Source: Trichosphaerium sp. ATCC 40318 (taxonomy: Eukaryota; Protista; Tubulinea). From it: a DNA stretch of 64,000 nucleotides. The translations under genes and the position numbers were made by a program. Where the stretch lies: assembly GCA_038496445.1 (NCBI GenBank), contig JALMLS010000424.1, positions 1 through 64,000 of the forward strand, in the 5' to 3' direction. The notes beneath the pieces were generated by a model that worked only from the letters and a program-made list of their open reading frames with translations, did not search any database and was not told the DNA's origin. This document shows, piece after piece, positions 1 to 13,859 of this stretch (positions are counted from its first letter, which is position 1; each line of letters starts with the position of its first letter).

Positions 1-1910
1 AAGACTGGAAAATCAAGATGAAAAAATAGCCAAGCAACAAGAAGTGATAGCCAAGCAACAAGTGGTAGCCAAGCAACAAGAAGTGATACAAAGTCAAGGT
101 AAAAAATAGACAAGCAACATGAAGTGAATGCTTCTATCACCTTTCGAATGGACAGAGAACGGGTAAAACCGAATAGGGACACCACTTGCAGTAGTTTCAT
201 TGTTTTCAGTACGTCAAAGTTTTTACTTTTTTTTCCATAAAGACTTAATACTTACCCAAAAAGCTCTCTAATTTTTGGCTTAATCTGCATGAGAATAAAA
301 AGTATGTGGTTAGTACACTTGGTTCTATGCCAAAGAAGTAGTGCAACGTTATCGGAGCTGGAGATGATGGCACGCTTGGCGTGGTTAACGAAACAACAGG
401 CGAAATCACTTATCCTGAGAGCACGTTACAGACGATGATGTACAAGCGCCTTAAAATTCCGGGATGATGAACTTTAAACCCTTTGACACTCAGAGTTAAA
501 AGGCAGAGTCAAGCGACCAGATATCGTTTTGACGGCTAACTTGATGAGATCAAGTCCGCTTCAACTCTGCGTACTATTATCGTATGGGAGCTGAAGAACG
601 GAGATGGAAAGTTTAGCGTTCAAGATAAAATGCAGTTGGCGTATGAACTTTTATTACTTTTGCTGCTAGTCTCACACATTTAGGCGTTATTTACCTTGTG
701 CTGTGCTCAAACAAGGTACAAGGACAGCAATAACAGGCGTATTGTCCAACCGCAAATACGTCATGTTTATAAAGATGGAAGTTGGTGATGATGGCTTCAT
801 ATTCACTGCAACACCGGAATATGAATTCGATAGTGAACATGCCATGGGTACGAAATTGGTAAATAACCTATTGAGCTGCACAAAAACTCGGTTGGCATGT
901 ACCGCTGTTCAAGCAAGGTGATAAAACTCATGTACCAGTACGTATACTTGGTTGCGGTGCAACTGCAAGTGTATTCGCTTTGACACCAGGTAATATTGAT
1001 GGCGGGTTGGCTGTCAAGTTGTTTCCAAAAGCGAACAAGAGATGGGAAAAGAGAGAGAATATTATTTTACTTGCAAAAGGGGTGTACCAAGGATACCTGA
1101 GATAGTGCGTGGATATTAACTTAGTGGTTATTAGTTTGCTTAATGATTTACTTTTTCCCACAGGTTTTTAATGGTACTTCTGACTGTGGAGTCTACTTCG
1201 CTTTCAAACCAGTTGGTACAAAACTACCTCGAAACCTTTATGCTAAAGGCCCTTCATTATCACAAGTTGTTGAAACGCTTGAAGTAACACACAAACTTGG
1301 TTATGTACACAGGTATGTAGTATTGTTAGTTTTGTTGTGTGTGATATTGTTTATTTTTGATATTGTGTTTAGGGACGTTAGTAGAGGGAATATCATCATG
1401 TATAATAATGAGTTCATTCTTATTGACTGGAGTACAGTCGTAAAGATTGGCTCTAAAAAGCCTTATTCTGGGACACTTGTGACAGCATGCCCACATATCC
1501 AGCAGTGCCGGTTGAACGGCAAACTAGTTGTCAACCACCCAGCTCATGACCTTGAAGCATTAGTCAGGACTTATATTATTAACTATCAGTACACTGATAG
1601 CACTGCTAAAATGTTGAAGGCTTATAGAAGTATAAATTGGAGAAATGTCAGAGTGAAGCAAGATAAGTTGCTTGATGCCTTCAATGCTTATTGGAAAGGT
1701 GCTTTTGCAGATGAAACTAATAAAAAAGGTCTTGATCTAGCTAGAAAATGTGACTATGAGGCCTTGAAGAAGTGGTTTGATGCTTCAATGATAAGATATG
1801 ATACACGATATGATGAAATTTTATTTGCAAAGGTGAATGAATTGTTAGAAGATAATGTTAATAAGAGCGACAATGGTGATCTAGTTATGACTTCTTTTCC
1901 TAGTGAATAA
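1..1910 (+). pseudogene. Crinkler/CR-effector-like gene (heptad repeats + PD-(D/E)xK REase-like domain + protein kinase), frameshifted, 5' end outside window
   Basis: Tandem GCCAAGCAACAAGAAGTGATA repeats at ~28-88. RPDIVL...IVWELK (~514-596) resembles a PD-(D/E)xK motif. Kinase motifs: ILGCGATASVF, LAVKLF, VHR/DVSRGNII across intron ~1313-1372, FILIDWS. Several single-base frameshifts (~540-555, ~885). Confidence 0.6.
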
Positions 1911-2304
1911 ACAAAAACACTGAAACCGCGTTCTAGGATAGCCTTAAAAGATATTGTAATAACACAGTAACAAATTTTACCTGCAGCCATCAACTTCCAT
2001 CTTTATAAACATGACGTTAGACCAATCCTCAATCCCAACAAAAGCTATTGCAAGACGATCTGGGAGGAAAGGAACACACTGTCCCTGACCGATAGCTCTG
2101 GCGCAGAGCGAGCGTGTGTGGTTTATTTACATAACACGATCGCATGTACATGAATAAATGAAGAAAACGAAAATTTTTTTCAAAGGGCGGTAGTTAGTGG
2201 GTGGGTGATTTCTGCTTGCTATCGAATAAACTGCTTCATTTGGTTGCTTGTCTTTGTTGGATCAGTCCAGCTCGTTCAAACGCCTGAAATGTCTCGCATG
2301 TTCA

Positions 2305-2399
2305 GACGTATTTGCGGTTGGACAATCGCCTGTAATTGCTGTCCTTGTACCTTGTTTGAGCACAAGCTAAATAACGCCTAAATGTGTGAGACAGCAGCA
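2305..2399 (-). repeat. Inverted copy of 661-762 (~95 bp, small indels)
   Basis: Reverse complement of 2305-2399 matches TGCTG..TCTCACACATTTAGGCGTTATTTA..GTGCTCAAACAAGGTACAAGGACAGCAAT..GTCCAACCGCAAATACGTC at 661-762. Confidence 0.85.
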
Positions 2400-2638
2400 C
2401 TTGTGAGCTGGGACCAGCATCGCTTTTGAGACAGCTGAATACTCCAGAACCCTCAACATCAAAAAGTAGCGTTACACTAGTAATTAATCACGTGGCAAAC
2501 GCGCTAAATCACAAAGTTTGGTTGAGCCGAACATTGAGCATGTTTAATCGTATCAGTATGTAGCTACTACATATGTAACGAGAGATGCATGAACAGAATA
2601 AAAAACAGCAATTCTATGTTGTCAAAACAGTTTCTGTA

Positions 2639-5092
2639 ATGACACCATTGTGGCTCGCTTGTAGTACAGCAAAGAAGGATCTCTTGATTTTTCAAAGAGG
2701 TATCGCTTGGTTGAAATTGGCGTATAGTCAACCCTAGTGTTTGTTGTTAAAAATAACACTGATCATAACATGTGATTCAGATTGTAGCCAAAAAGTCAAG
2801 ACAACATCTTCTCTCCGCCGTATGTTGTATATTACCTTATATTTTATACTCATATGCGCTTACGCTCCTTTTGTAACGGTACACGCGACACAAATCTATT
2901 TGCATTGGGGTTTTTTTTAATCACGTGACTCTACGTAGGAGAGTCGTTTAATGGCAGAGTGTTATTGACGCCTACTTCTGTTACATTTTGTCAAAGCGCA
3001 AACCTAGATACAACGAATACTACAGCAGATGACATTTATCTATTAAAATTCCTGTTAGCGTGTAAGTAGGGCCTGGTTTTCAAAAAAAGAATTATTCCAA
3101 AAAACAACTAAAACGCCAACTTACGAAGTGATTAGATCCTCCGAACTTGCCTAGAGAATGGGTTACAGTATTAGACTCCACCTTATATCTCCAGATTTAT
3201 GACGTAGGCCCATCCGGAGCGTCTGGAACAATACACGAGTTAATGCCTGGGTTTAATTTATCCGAAACACATGCTTGGTCACATTTTCCAAATAACATGG
3301 GACCTGGTATTTTTTTTTCTTTTCTTTCGAAAAACTCTTTGGTGCTCATTGTTGTACTTATAGTTGCGGGTGTAAATTACGTTACGGAAGCAGCTGGGTC
3401 TTATAGTATCTCTACGGATGGCGTCGTTGAGATAGATGTTACAGATACGATGAAAAGGTGGTTGGATCCAGATGTAACGAAGAATACTGGGTGGCTTATT
3501 AAACGTAGTAAGTTTTTTTGTCGTTTGTTTAAAAGGTTGTTTCAAACTATCTAATTGTACAAAAGACAACCCTCATGGTATCATTGATTGTGGTTCCGTA
3601 TATAAACCAAGACTTGAGATTACATTAGGATCCTTCCCAGTTCCATTTACATGCTTTACTTACAAAGATCCACGCACGTGCTAAAAAAAAAATATCCCTA
3701 AGATTTATTCACAACTTACCAAAAAAGAACCAACGAAATGTTCGTTGTGAAAGAACTTCTTTCGTTTGGTATAAGACTTATAACTTGAACGCTCACTTTG
3801 GTTTAGTTGGATTAATAAACTACCCTGAACCATTCATCGCTTATACTCGCTTTTGTGCTTTTTGTGCAGGTCCTGATTTATTCAAAGAAGGGTTTGCACA
3901 GCTTATGCGCGAAATGTTGGAAGAATCAGGTGGAAATATGGTCTTAAATGGCATCCAAGTAGCTACAACAATAGTAGAACCTATTGCAGATACTGGTGGT
4001 ATGTTCCTAAATCACCATTTCTCGACTTAGCGCTACTAAACTTTGCTTAGCTGGATTCTGTACAAGTTTGCCTCCAGATCTCAACACAAGAGAAGTGGAA
4101 GTATCTTTCGAGTACGCACATGGACTTGTATGAGTTTGTGTAGATGTCTAAATATAATTTCAAGAGCTGGTCTAGTTCGGTTAGCGTTTGATACCCGTTT
4201 TGAGTATACTACAAAGCTTCCTGAAGAAATAGGTACTCTCGCAGTGTACGTTTACTTTCAATAACAAGTATTTTGTTTAATAGCTTGTCGATCGTTTGAG
4301 TGCAGTGATGACCAAGTACTATCAATGGTACCTTTCAAGGCGAGATATTAACAGGGGACTCTATATTTATTAGAAATGATGTATTGATCAATGGTAACTT
4401 CAGTGTACAAGGTATTGACAAGCTTCATTCTTTCTTCTTTCTTTTAATTTTCTTTCATTCAAAAAGGTCAAATCAAAATTGAATCAACAGAAACTGTACT
4501 CACTATCGAGGGATGTGTATCAGCAACAAATGGTATCAATATTCAATTGGATGACAACGAGACATATGTAGAAGGACAACAAATCATTGAACTATTTACA
4601 CCTTGTGACATTGATGTACGAAATCATTTTTATTGATAGTTTTTTTTTAAAATATGACCACCTCCAATTAACTCCATGTTTAGAACACAAGTTTAATTTT
4701 GACAGGTGGTGGTGCAGAGGTACCTCGACCTTATTATTAGTAAAGTTTAAATTAACGCTAAAAAGAGAGATTGTGCAGAACTAATTGCTGAATCAAGTTT
4801 ATCAGCACGAAGAATAACTGTATCAATTTCTGTTGATGAGAGTGGCTGTGGTAGCACTAACGTAGGTGGTGCTAAATCATCGTTCAACAAGAATGCACAT
4901 ATCATTATTCCAGTCATAGTTTCTATTGCTGTTGTGATAACACTTGTTTTAATAGCAGCCATTGCTGTGTACAGGTAACACACAACATTTATAGGACCTT
5001 AAACAATTGTGTTTCTGACCCGCTGTATTACTAGATACCAGCGATTCCATGACATAAAAATTCCAGCATTATCATCGTTCCGTGACCGTTGA
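2639..5092 (+). CDS. Multi-exon type I membrane/surface protein with DNRLRE-like beta-sandwich domain; start uncertain
   Basis: Exons encode STLYLQIYDV...VEIDVTDTMKRWLDPDVTKNTGWLIK (DNRLRE-like pattern). C-terminal TM helix IIIPVIVSIAVVITLVLIAAIAVY; stop TGA 5090-5092. Confidence 0.55.
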
Positions 5093-5357
5093 TTTTACAC
5101 AAACTTTTTTTTATCTCCAAAGGGGAGAACTAGCGTTTTTTGTGAAAAAAACTCATATTAAAAAATAAACGACATGAAAACAGTGGTCTATTAAAAATGT
5201 TCTACGTATGCAAGCAACAAGTTCACGTGCCCAATTATTTAATAATCGTTAATCAACAATTGTATAAAGTATATAGAACCAACTGCAAATGGAAATGGAA
5301 TAGCTCTCCGATCAGGAAGATAAACAGAATTGAGCACAGAAACTTGGTTTATTATTT

Positions 5358-6340
5358 TCATTTTTTACAAAGGTGCACTCCCAGACTCACAGGTTTAGCG
5401 TATTTTTCGTTGTGTGGTTCATCAAGGTCTAGTAATGTGAAATGTTTTAAAAAAGCTTTCATATACACGTGCAACGGTCTTCTAAATTCTACAAAATCTG
5501 TTGAAAATTTTCCCCATCTAACAAATGGTTATTGATACAAACTCGAATTTCAAACTCACTGTAGATGTGCTGTATGAGTAGAAAGATATGACATATAGAA
5601 ATCTCTATAGTTTTCTGCCTTTGTAACTGAGAAACACGGATGCAAGAAGACAGCAATGACTTAAAATCAAGTATAAGAAAAAACGAAAAAAATTCCTCTT
5701 GTGTTGAACTTTACCTCGTCCTTTTGGTACAAGTACTCTACTGAATGCCTTAATAGTACTCTCTAGATCAGGTGTATCCATTAGAACATAATTAGATATA
5801 ATCAAATCAACAGAGTTATCAGGTATATGCTTCAACTCTTCGACAGAGTCAACCATTAATTTGGCTGGAGGATCAATATCACAACAGTTCTTTTTAGCAA
5901 GTTTAATCATCTTAGGACTAATATCAACACCAATAACCTGGTCCATTTGTCAACATTACATGTGCTTGTGAAGCATCAGTACCTGTTTAGGCGCTTTAGC
6001 GGTCAATTTTCTGACCAGGTAGCCATTTCCACATCCTGCGTCCAGGATGACTTTGTTCTATCTCAAACTGTAAACACAGTTAGAGCAACTCATTTGTCTT
6101 ACGCTGATATCTCCAACATGCTTCCAAATGAATTTATCGGAGTTTTCGAGCCTGTTCTTGTCACCTTCAATTCCAATCCATGCATTCCATTCTATCAAGT
6201 GTTAGACATACGCTTGAGACTATTGTACAATCAATTACGCGCGTTTCTTTGTTTTACAGCAATGAAGGCTCGCAATTAGCGTAAAAAGTATTAATACCTT
6301 CTGCTTTACCATCCCATACCTCTGCTACGTTTACTGCCAT
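5358..6340 (-). CDS. Class I SAM-dependent methyltransferase (spliced)
   Basis: Motif I VILDAGCGNGY, VIGVDISPKMI, DNSVDLIISNYVLMD, FSRVLVPKG. Confidence 0.85.
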
Positions 6341-6703
6341 AGTGTTTCCTTTTAAATGACTAGAATATGACTTTTGTAGAAATGTTACCAACTTTTCAAC
6401 AATCTCTGTCTTTGGAGCTTTGTGTGGCACAACCTCTAAAAAGATACAACTCTTCGGATTCACACGTGGTTTGACAACAACAGTACATGTAGTCATACTC
6501 ACAGAGCATGACACGATTCAACTTGGACAAGACCTCACAAAACGTGTGCAGAGTCTAGAGGCGTTGTTTTACTTTTACACTATTTTCAAACACCTTCTAG
6601 TTGAAAACCAAGTAAAGCTAAGACACCCGAGAACATCTGAGATAATGTCAAGTATGCTGATAGTCCCCATAGACGAACATTAAGTCCAAACCATTCGTAG
6701 TAT

Positions 6704-9075
6704 TTATACATTTTTGTACTCATTGGCAGGTCTTCTACAATGCGTTAATGCAAAGCAAACTACAAAGTCAAGTTCTATCTGGTACGTACGTTCTTCTAGC
6801 TCTGTGAGGAATACAGTTCGTGCACAATAAAAGAACATGCTTTGCATATATTTTAAAGGACGTACACCTAACCGAGTATTCAAGAGACGTAGTAGATCAC
6901 TAAAAGACTTTGTTAATTCAGTGCTTTAGGAGTATGGGAAGTTTTACAGTTTGTAACATCTGATACTTACTTTGTCTTCAAGAGGAGTACAAGTGGTGGA
7001 GGTATTTCTTGTAGGATATGAGTTATCTGGTCCAAGTACTTGCCTATATTATCACGCATAGATTCTTTACTCATTTCTGTTTCAAGTTGTAGCTGTGTCT
7101 TTCCTTTGCTGTAAAAGAACCTCAATAAGACAAGAAGTATTCTGTAATATACTTACGCTTCCTTCCAAGGTGTAGCTGTTATCATGGCAGCAAATAATCG
7201 ATAATTATCAACACCAAGAAGCTGTGCATATTTTGCAATATTATCTTCATCTTTTTTGAGAATAGACATCCACAACTTGCTGTAGTTATACCTGAACAAT
7301 AAGTGTTAGAATCAATAGGATACATATATTTTACTAGAGAAGGACATACCTAAAGTCATCTTCGTATTGCAAGCACAATCCATTATCAAGTAATACTACT
7401 TGAAAATCACCACTCTTTTCTGGATGTTTTCGAACCATGATCTGACACAAGATGTGGTGAGCTTTTTTCTTGATTATATGAGGTGGTAGTAACACGTACA
7501 TTACCGGCATGTGGATCACAATGTACGAATCTGTATCGGAAAAATGAGGTTGAGAAAGTTATAATAAGTGTAACGTACCCATGGGAAAAAATTTGAGTAT
7601 TAAAAATATTGTTTACACAGCGTGCTACAGCGCTTGGTTTAGCACCAAGTGCTTTGAGACCTTCGATATCATTTGCAAGAGACCCACGAATAAACTCTTG
7701 AACTAGAATAACTTTTGTTGTATATCTCTAAACAAGCATGTTAGAGGTTTAGTTTAAAAGTACATCAACTTTTTTTTTTTTTTTTTGGAATGTACCTCAT
7801 GTATAATAGGTGTATGAAAAGTTGGATCGTCAGCAAATAGTTCTCTCATTCTATTCGCATTATGGGCCTCTAATTCAAAGTCTAGTTCTTGAGGTAAATT
7901 TCGGTGGAGCTCTCTTTATGTTTGTTAGTGCTTTTGAAAAAAACGATTGACAACTTTACTTTACCTAATAAGCCACTCGAATTTATAGTTTGGGAATACC
8001 TTAGCCTCGGTGTTAGAACAACGAATAGTGTACTTCATTCTTACCTTAGATGCTATTGTAACAAGTAATGTAACAGTTTTAACATCTGCCCATGCCTAAT
8101 GTCAGAGTGAGTTCAGTAGCTTCAGATATTTCAGTGAAAGCACGTACTTGTTCTGATACATCAAAATATTGCACCTAGAAATATGTAACTAAATGGTTTT
8201 CAAGATCGTAATACGGTGTACCTTCACTGCTACTTCTTCACCTGTCTTTAATTTACCACGATGAACTTGTCCGAGACTCGCAGCGGCAATAGGTTTCTTA
8301 TCAAACTAGAAATGTCATTGTTAACATTGACACGAAATGTCACATTTTACCTCTTCAAAAATATCCGAAGGAAGCCTACTGAAGCAACTTTTGAATTGTT
8401 CTTCAACTTGCTCATATGGAACAGGAGGACATTCATTATATAAGCCAGAAAAAGTAGTTGTATACTCTTCAGGGATTATAAAAAAGACTTGACATGTGTT
8501 GCCCAATTTTTACGTATACACCTCCTTGTTCTTTAAATAATTTCATTAATTTATCAGCAGAGCGTTGGTGTATCTATAGTTTTGGTGAGCACGTGAGTGG
8601 AATCAAGGTGGAAATCACTTACAGTTTTTAGCGTGTTGTTGTACTCTTCTCCTTTGAGGTCACGTAGAGAGTAATAATAGTCGTAGCCAACGCCGAAAGC
8701 GACAAATCTATTGGAACCAAAGTCAGGTTTTCTTAAAGGAGGTTAGATAGGCGTACGATGTTTTTATAGCGCGCGCAACTTGTCTGCAAGCTCTTTTAAC
8801 TGGGTAAATCAATCCTGCGAGTGGAACCAAAGAAAGAAGAAATAGTTTGGTGCTCATAGATGTCTTTGCCACTGTGGCTGCTTCAACAGCCACTTGACGT
8901 GTAAAAACTTTATTATACTTACGAAAGTTAGCGTAAAACATATGTGGACGCGTACAGATTGTTTTAGAGCGAATCTAGCTGAAAACGGAGCAATTGTATG
9001 TGTGACGCTTCTAGACGCGTATTGAAGCGCCGTACGACGCCTTACGCTTGCACCAGGTAATTCAAATGCGTACAT
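6704..9075 (-). CDS. ABC1/aarF-domain atypical kinase (ADCK1/5-like), many introns
   Basis: [63 protein letters not shown] on the minus strand. Confidence 0.88.
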
Positions 9076-9262
9076 GGTGTTTTTACTGGGTATGAGACAT
9101 TGTATGTGAAGTCACGTTTAAAGTTCTTGTGTACTTCTGCTGACCAGCGCACTACCTGTAGTATTGTCTGTTGTACCAAACACGTTGACATTACCGTCAT
9201 TGATGCCATAGTGACAGACCTGTGCCTATCTGACAAGTATTAAATTTAGTGTTTGTGCTGTT

Positions 9263-12200
9263 ATGGAAGAAACGCTTATAGATTGGGTGGAGAAAGTTGT
9301 TGAGTGCAAATTGGATGCAAATGATTTACATGGGTAATAGTCAGCCTAAAATGATTTACGTTGTTAACAGTGCGTAGATCTCTCCGCTCTGGCGTTGTAC
9401 TGTGCAAGTACGTAGTGACAACGTTATTTGTTTCGAAATGTATGTCTAAATACACCCTAGGCTCGTTTCTAAACTTAAACCCGACGTCATAGATGATTTT
9501 AATGACGGGGAAGGCAAACTACATACTTTGCTTGAACGGGTACGTTTTAACACGTAAACCGCTCAAACACATCATAAAACGGCGCCTAGGAGAACATTGG
9601 CATTTTTTTAGACAGCTGTTGGCAACTTGGTATTCCGTCCGATGAACTCTTCGTTACAAGTGACCTTCACGAGGATGAGGGCATGGACATGGTACAATTA
9701 AATTCACACAAGTACGTTCAAACCGCTTATCATGATGTTCAGGTTCTAGGTTGCATAAAAGCAATAGCAAGGGAATGTCCTAACTGGGGATGGACTGGAA
9801 TAACACTTGCTTCAGATGAAGCCCAAAGCGGAAGTGAAATTCCTCATGCAACTAGTTCTCCCTCAAAAGTTGGTAGTGTAAACTCTAGTGTAAGTGAAGA
9901 GACACTACAAGAACTGGAAGAGCTTCGAGCTGACTTAGAACGCGCAAGAGAGGACTTGGGGGAGATTCACGATGGTAAGAAAGAAAACAAAAAACTTTTC
10001 AATTGCTGTTCCAAAAAATCGCAGTTTCTTGACATACTTCTTTTAGAGATGGATCAACAGAAACTTATGTATGATAGCGAAATAAATTTACTTGAAGAAA
10101 ATGTTCTCGATTTAGAGGATCAAATTGATGTATTAATGGAGGTAAACAAACAAAAACTCTTTCGAGTTTAGAAATGAAACACTTCTAATCCTATATTTTT
10201 CTTGTCATTTTTGTTAACACAATGTCAAGGAAAATCGAAAGATTGTTTATGCCAATGCAAAGCTTGAAGGACAAGTGAAAGGTATTGCGAATAAACATAA
10301 ATCTACCGCTGAAACAGAGGTACGTATAACATATTTTTACGTTCTTGAAAAAGCAGTACAAAATGCTTACAGTTTGTTTAAATAGATGGTAAAAGATTTA
10401 ATCAACAGGCTTTCAATGGAGGAAGAAGAGAATAATAAATTAATCTCTGAACTACAACGTAAGCTTAGAGAAGCTAAGGAACAACTATACAATGTAGAAG
10501 ACGCCAATATTGAGCTTGAGTACCAAGTAACAGAATTGCAGGTACCCAAAAAAAAGTTCACTTTTTTTCCATCTGTAGCTAATACATTGTACTCAGACAA
10601 GGCTTAATACAGTTTCTCAGTTTGAAACAACATCTGATGAAGCTATGGATCAAATAAAGAGCCTACGTGCTGAATTACAAGAATCAACAGCAAAAACTGC
10701 TGATTTAGAAGCAAAGAGCACTAGAGATACTGATGCATTAGCATCTGTTCGTATGCTAGCTCAAACAAAGTTTGAGGAAGTAAAGAAGCTAGAAAAGGAG
10801 AAAATGCTATTGAATGATGAAATGCTAACAAAGAAGAATGCTTACACAATGAAGATTAATCAGCTCAACGTACGACATGAGTTTTTTTTCTGTTTTTTTA
10901 TCTTTCATCAAACGTGTTTAAACAACAATTCTCCGTTATAATATAGCAAAAAATACATTTGTTTGAGTACATCAATTCACATGCAATGGCCTTGTGTTTT
11001 AAGGGCTTACTTGTAATAACTACATAGGACGAGATAAATCGTGTTTCTGTTGAGAATTATAAATACAAAGAAACAAATGATAACTTAACACAACAAGTTG
11101 CTGATCTTCATAAAAATGCAGAAAAAGCAGGTAAACCTGTTGGTGCTATAGACAAGAGTAAGCTTAACTATGAAGTGAGATACAGAGGACTGGGTACGTT
11201 CTTCTTTTTGGTCTTCTTGGTTTTTTTCTTAATTTGAATTTTCAAACTTTTTCTTATTCTTGTGTAGAGCGCCAATTAGCTGGCTTGACAACAGCCAGAG
11301 ATAACGCTGATGCACGCATTGAGTCTCTTCTTTTACAGTTACAAATGGAAAAGAAGCGTGTTGATGAGTTAGCACTCTCTGAAGCTGGGTTAAAGACTCA
11401 AGTCGGTAAGATGAAGAACCACTCTAGAAATGCTATAAACATGGCAAAAGAAGAGATAATGCTCTTAAAGAAACAAAAGACAATACAAACAAAAGCTCTT
11501 GCAAGAGCTGAGAGTAATATAAAGGGATTAAAACTAAACCTAAGCTCTCTAAAAAGTCAGCATACAATACTTGTTAAACAAAAAGTTAATCAACGTGCAT
11601 CTCTTCAAATAAATGCACCTGGACAAAGTAGTGATAAGATTAGAATGCTTGAACAAGAGCTTGTTAATGTAAAAAGAACACACGCCAATACACTGGCAAA
11701 GATTAAACAACAGATCACTGAAGAGAGACAAAGAGCTAAAAATAGGTACAAAGAGTCATTTGTTTTTTGCTTTTCGGATTTTCTCCTTCTTTCTTCTTTC
11801 TTTCTTCTAAATACGTGTTCTTGTAGAGAGGCTGAGTATAAGAAACAAGCAGATACAGCGAATAGTAGGCTAGTGGAAGAACTACAAAAGCTTAATAACC
11901 TAAGACAACGGTTTATTGCTGTTTCTAAAGAAAAAGCAGATGTTGAGATGAAGCTTGCAAAACTAACAGAAATCAATAATAAACAACATAAAGAGATACA
12001 AACAGTCAAAGAACATGCCAACGAGAAGAAGAAAAAGAGGTAACAGTAATCACTCCTCTACCACCTCGTTGGTAGTCACTTAAAGTTGCTTGCTAACTGT
12101 TTTTTTGTCGTAGACGTCAAACTATTGCTTTGCGACAACAAAATGAAGCTAATGTTCATGCTCTCATTGAAAAGAATAGAGCTAAACGCCAAGACCGTAG

Positions 12201-13638
12201 CACTGTTTATTTAGCCAACTCAAGGCAAACAAGCAAACCGCTTCCTCCTAGACCTGCACGGAAACCTTCAAGGTTGACTGCACCTCCATTATCACCAAAA
12301 GTAGTTAGCACAAAGAAGACAAACTTGAACCGCAGATCACGTCTTGTTAAGCTAGATATTACTACAAAACCAGCAGTTCCTCCTAGAAAAGGTAAACCTA
12401 CTCAACCACGGGAGAGTGCATCAGGAGATTTTTATTACAATCAAGCTGTTGGTATTGGTATGTCTTGTTTTTCGCTGTTGTTTTGTTTGTGGTTTTTTTC
12501 ATCTGTTTGACTTACTGTTGTATAGGTCCTAAAACTATATCTTACCTTCAAAAAAGCATAGAAAGGATACTTCGGTACGTTGTGCAAGATATATATTTCT
12601 TTTATTTACAAAGCATAGTGGACAGAGGCAAACGAGGGATGAAGCGAAAATAATTGCAGAAAACCTCAACAAACTTTTTGGTACGTCAGATTTATTTCCC
12701 ACTGATTTTTGACGGTTTACAGCAACTGATGCTGGAAGACGTATATTTGCATACCTCCTACAGGAAGCTGTTAGGCTTAACCGCATTCTCCTTGTCGGAT
12801 CATTCACAGCACTAAAAAACATAATCGAGTCTTCGTTGAAGTACTTTAATCCAAAAAATAGGCACGTGCTCTTTTATTGTTCATTTTGAGCTCTTTGTTT
12901 CATCGCTGATGGTATACCCTAAAGGTCTGATTTTACTGGATTGAAGATGATACTAGAGTTATCATATGATGTTAGATATAATCAACCTGATGGCGAAAAG
13001 GTCTTCTTGAAGGTTAGTCATTCACCTTTTTTTTCAACTGAAAGAAAAGCAGTCTCTTATTTTTTCTTCAATAGGACAAGATTAAATCACACTTGATTTG
13101 GGCTGAGATGTCTTTCTGGCAAGGTATGGTTATTGATATAGTGTTAATATATGATCTGATGTTGTATAGAGTACTGGTGGCATAAAATAGGAAAATCTTT
13201 TGCTGCTGCAAGAAATACACCTCAAATCAATACAAACTTGTTCATTACAAGTCAACTCAAGACTTTCAGTACGCTTCATTTTATTTGAAAAATGATTACA
13301 CAATTCGATTGCAATCGATATAAACTAACTATGGTGTTCTTTAGCTCAAGTAATATGGGGTTTTGGTCAAATGAATAAGGAAAAGGTGATTGCTGCTGTA
13401 CTAGATATTGCAGTAAAAAGTGGATTACCTCCTTTTTCCATGAGACGTGTTCGGCAAGAGATTGGCGGTTGGATTGCTCAAGGTAAAGCAAAACCAAAAC
13501 GTACACGATTTCAGACAGTTATGCTTGGTAATAGTCCAATTCCAGGCACGTGATAACAGAATTTATTGGTTTTTGTTCTGCCTTTTTTTTTTTAATGTTG
13601 TTTGTTTAGATAAACCTGGTCGTAATCCTTATGTGTAA
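9263..13638 (+). CDS. Calponin-homology domain + long coiled coil + Pro-rich linker + C-terminal helical (SBF2-like) domain protein
   Basis: MEETLIDWVEKVV...LRSGVVLCKL...ENIGIFLDSCWQLGIPSDELFVTSDLHE is a typical CH domain. E/K/L/Q-rich heptad exons at 9.9-12.1 kb; KPLPPRP; IKSHLIWAEMSFWQ near the C-terminus. Confidence 0.75.
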
Positions 13639-13859
13639 AAGAAATAAAAGTAAAATCATACCATTATGTACTGTTAGTTTCTTGTAATCTATAAAGCGGA
13701 ACTCACCCACATGTGGTATCTCAGCAGTTGTTTAAAGCGTGATAAACAAAAAAAAAGTTCACAGTTTTTCGAACCAAAAGAATGAAAAATTTGTTGTTGA
13801 TGAATTCACCTGAGAGTGTACACATACGCTCTAATGAATGTATTTTTGTTGTGGGGTTT

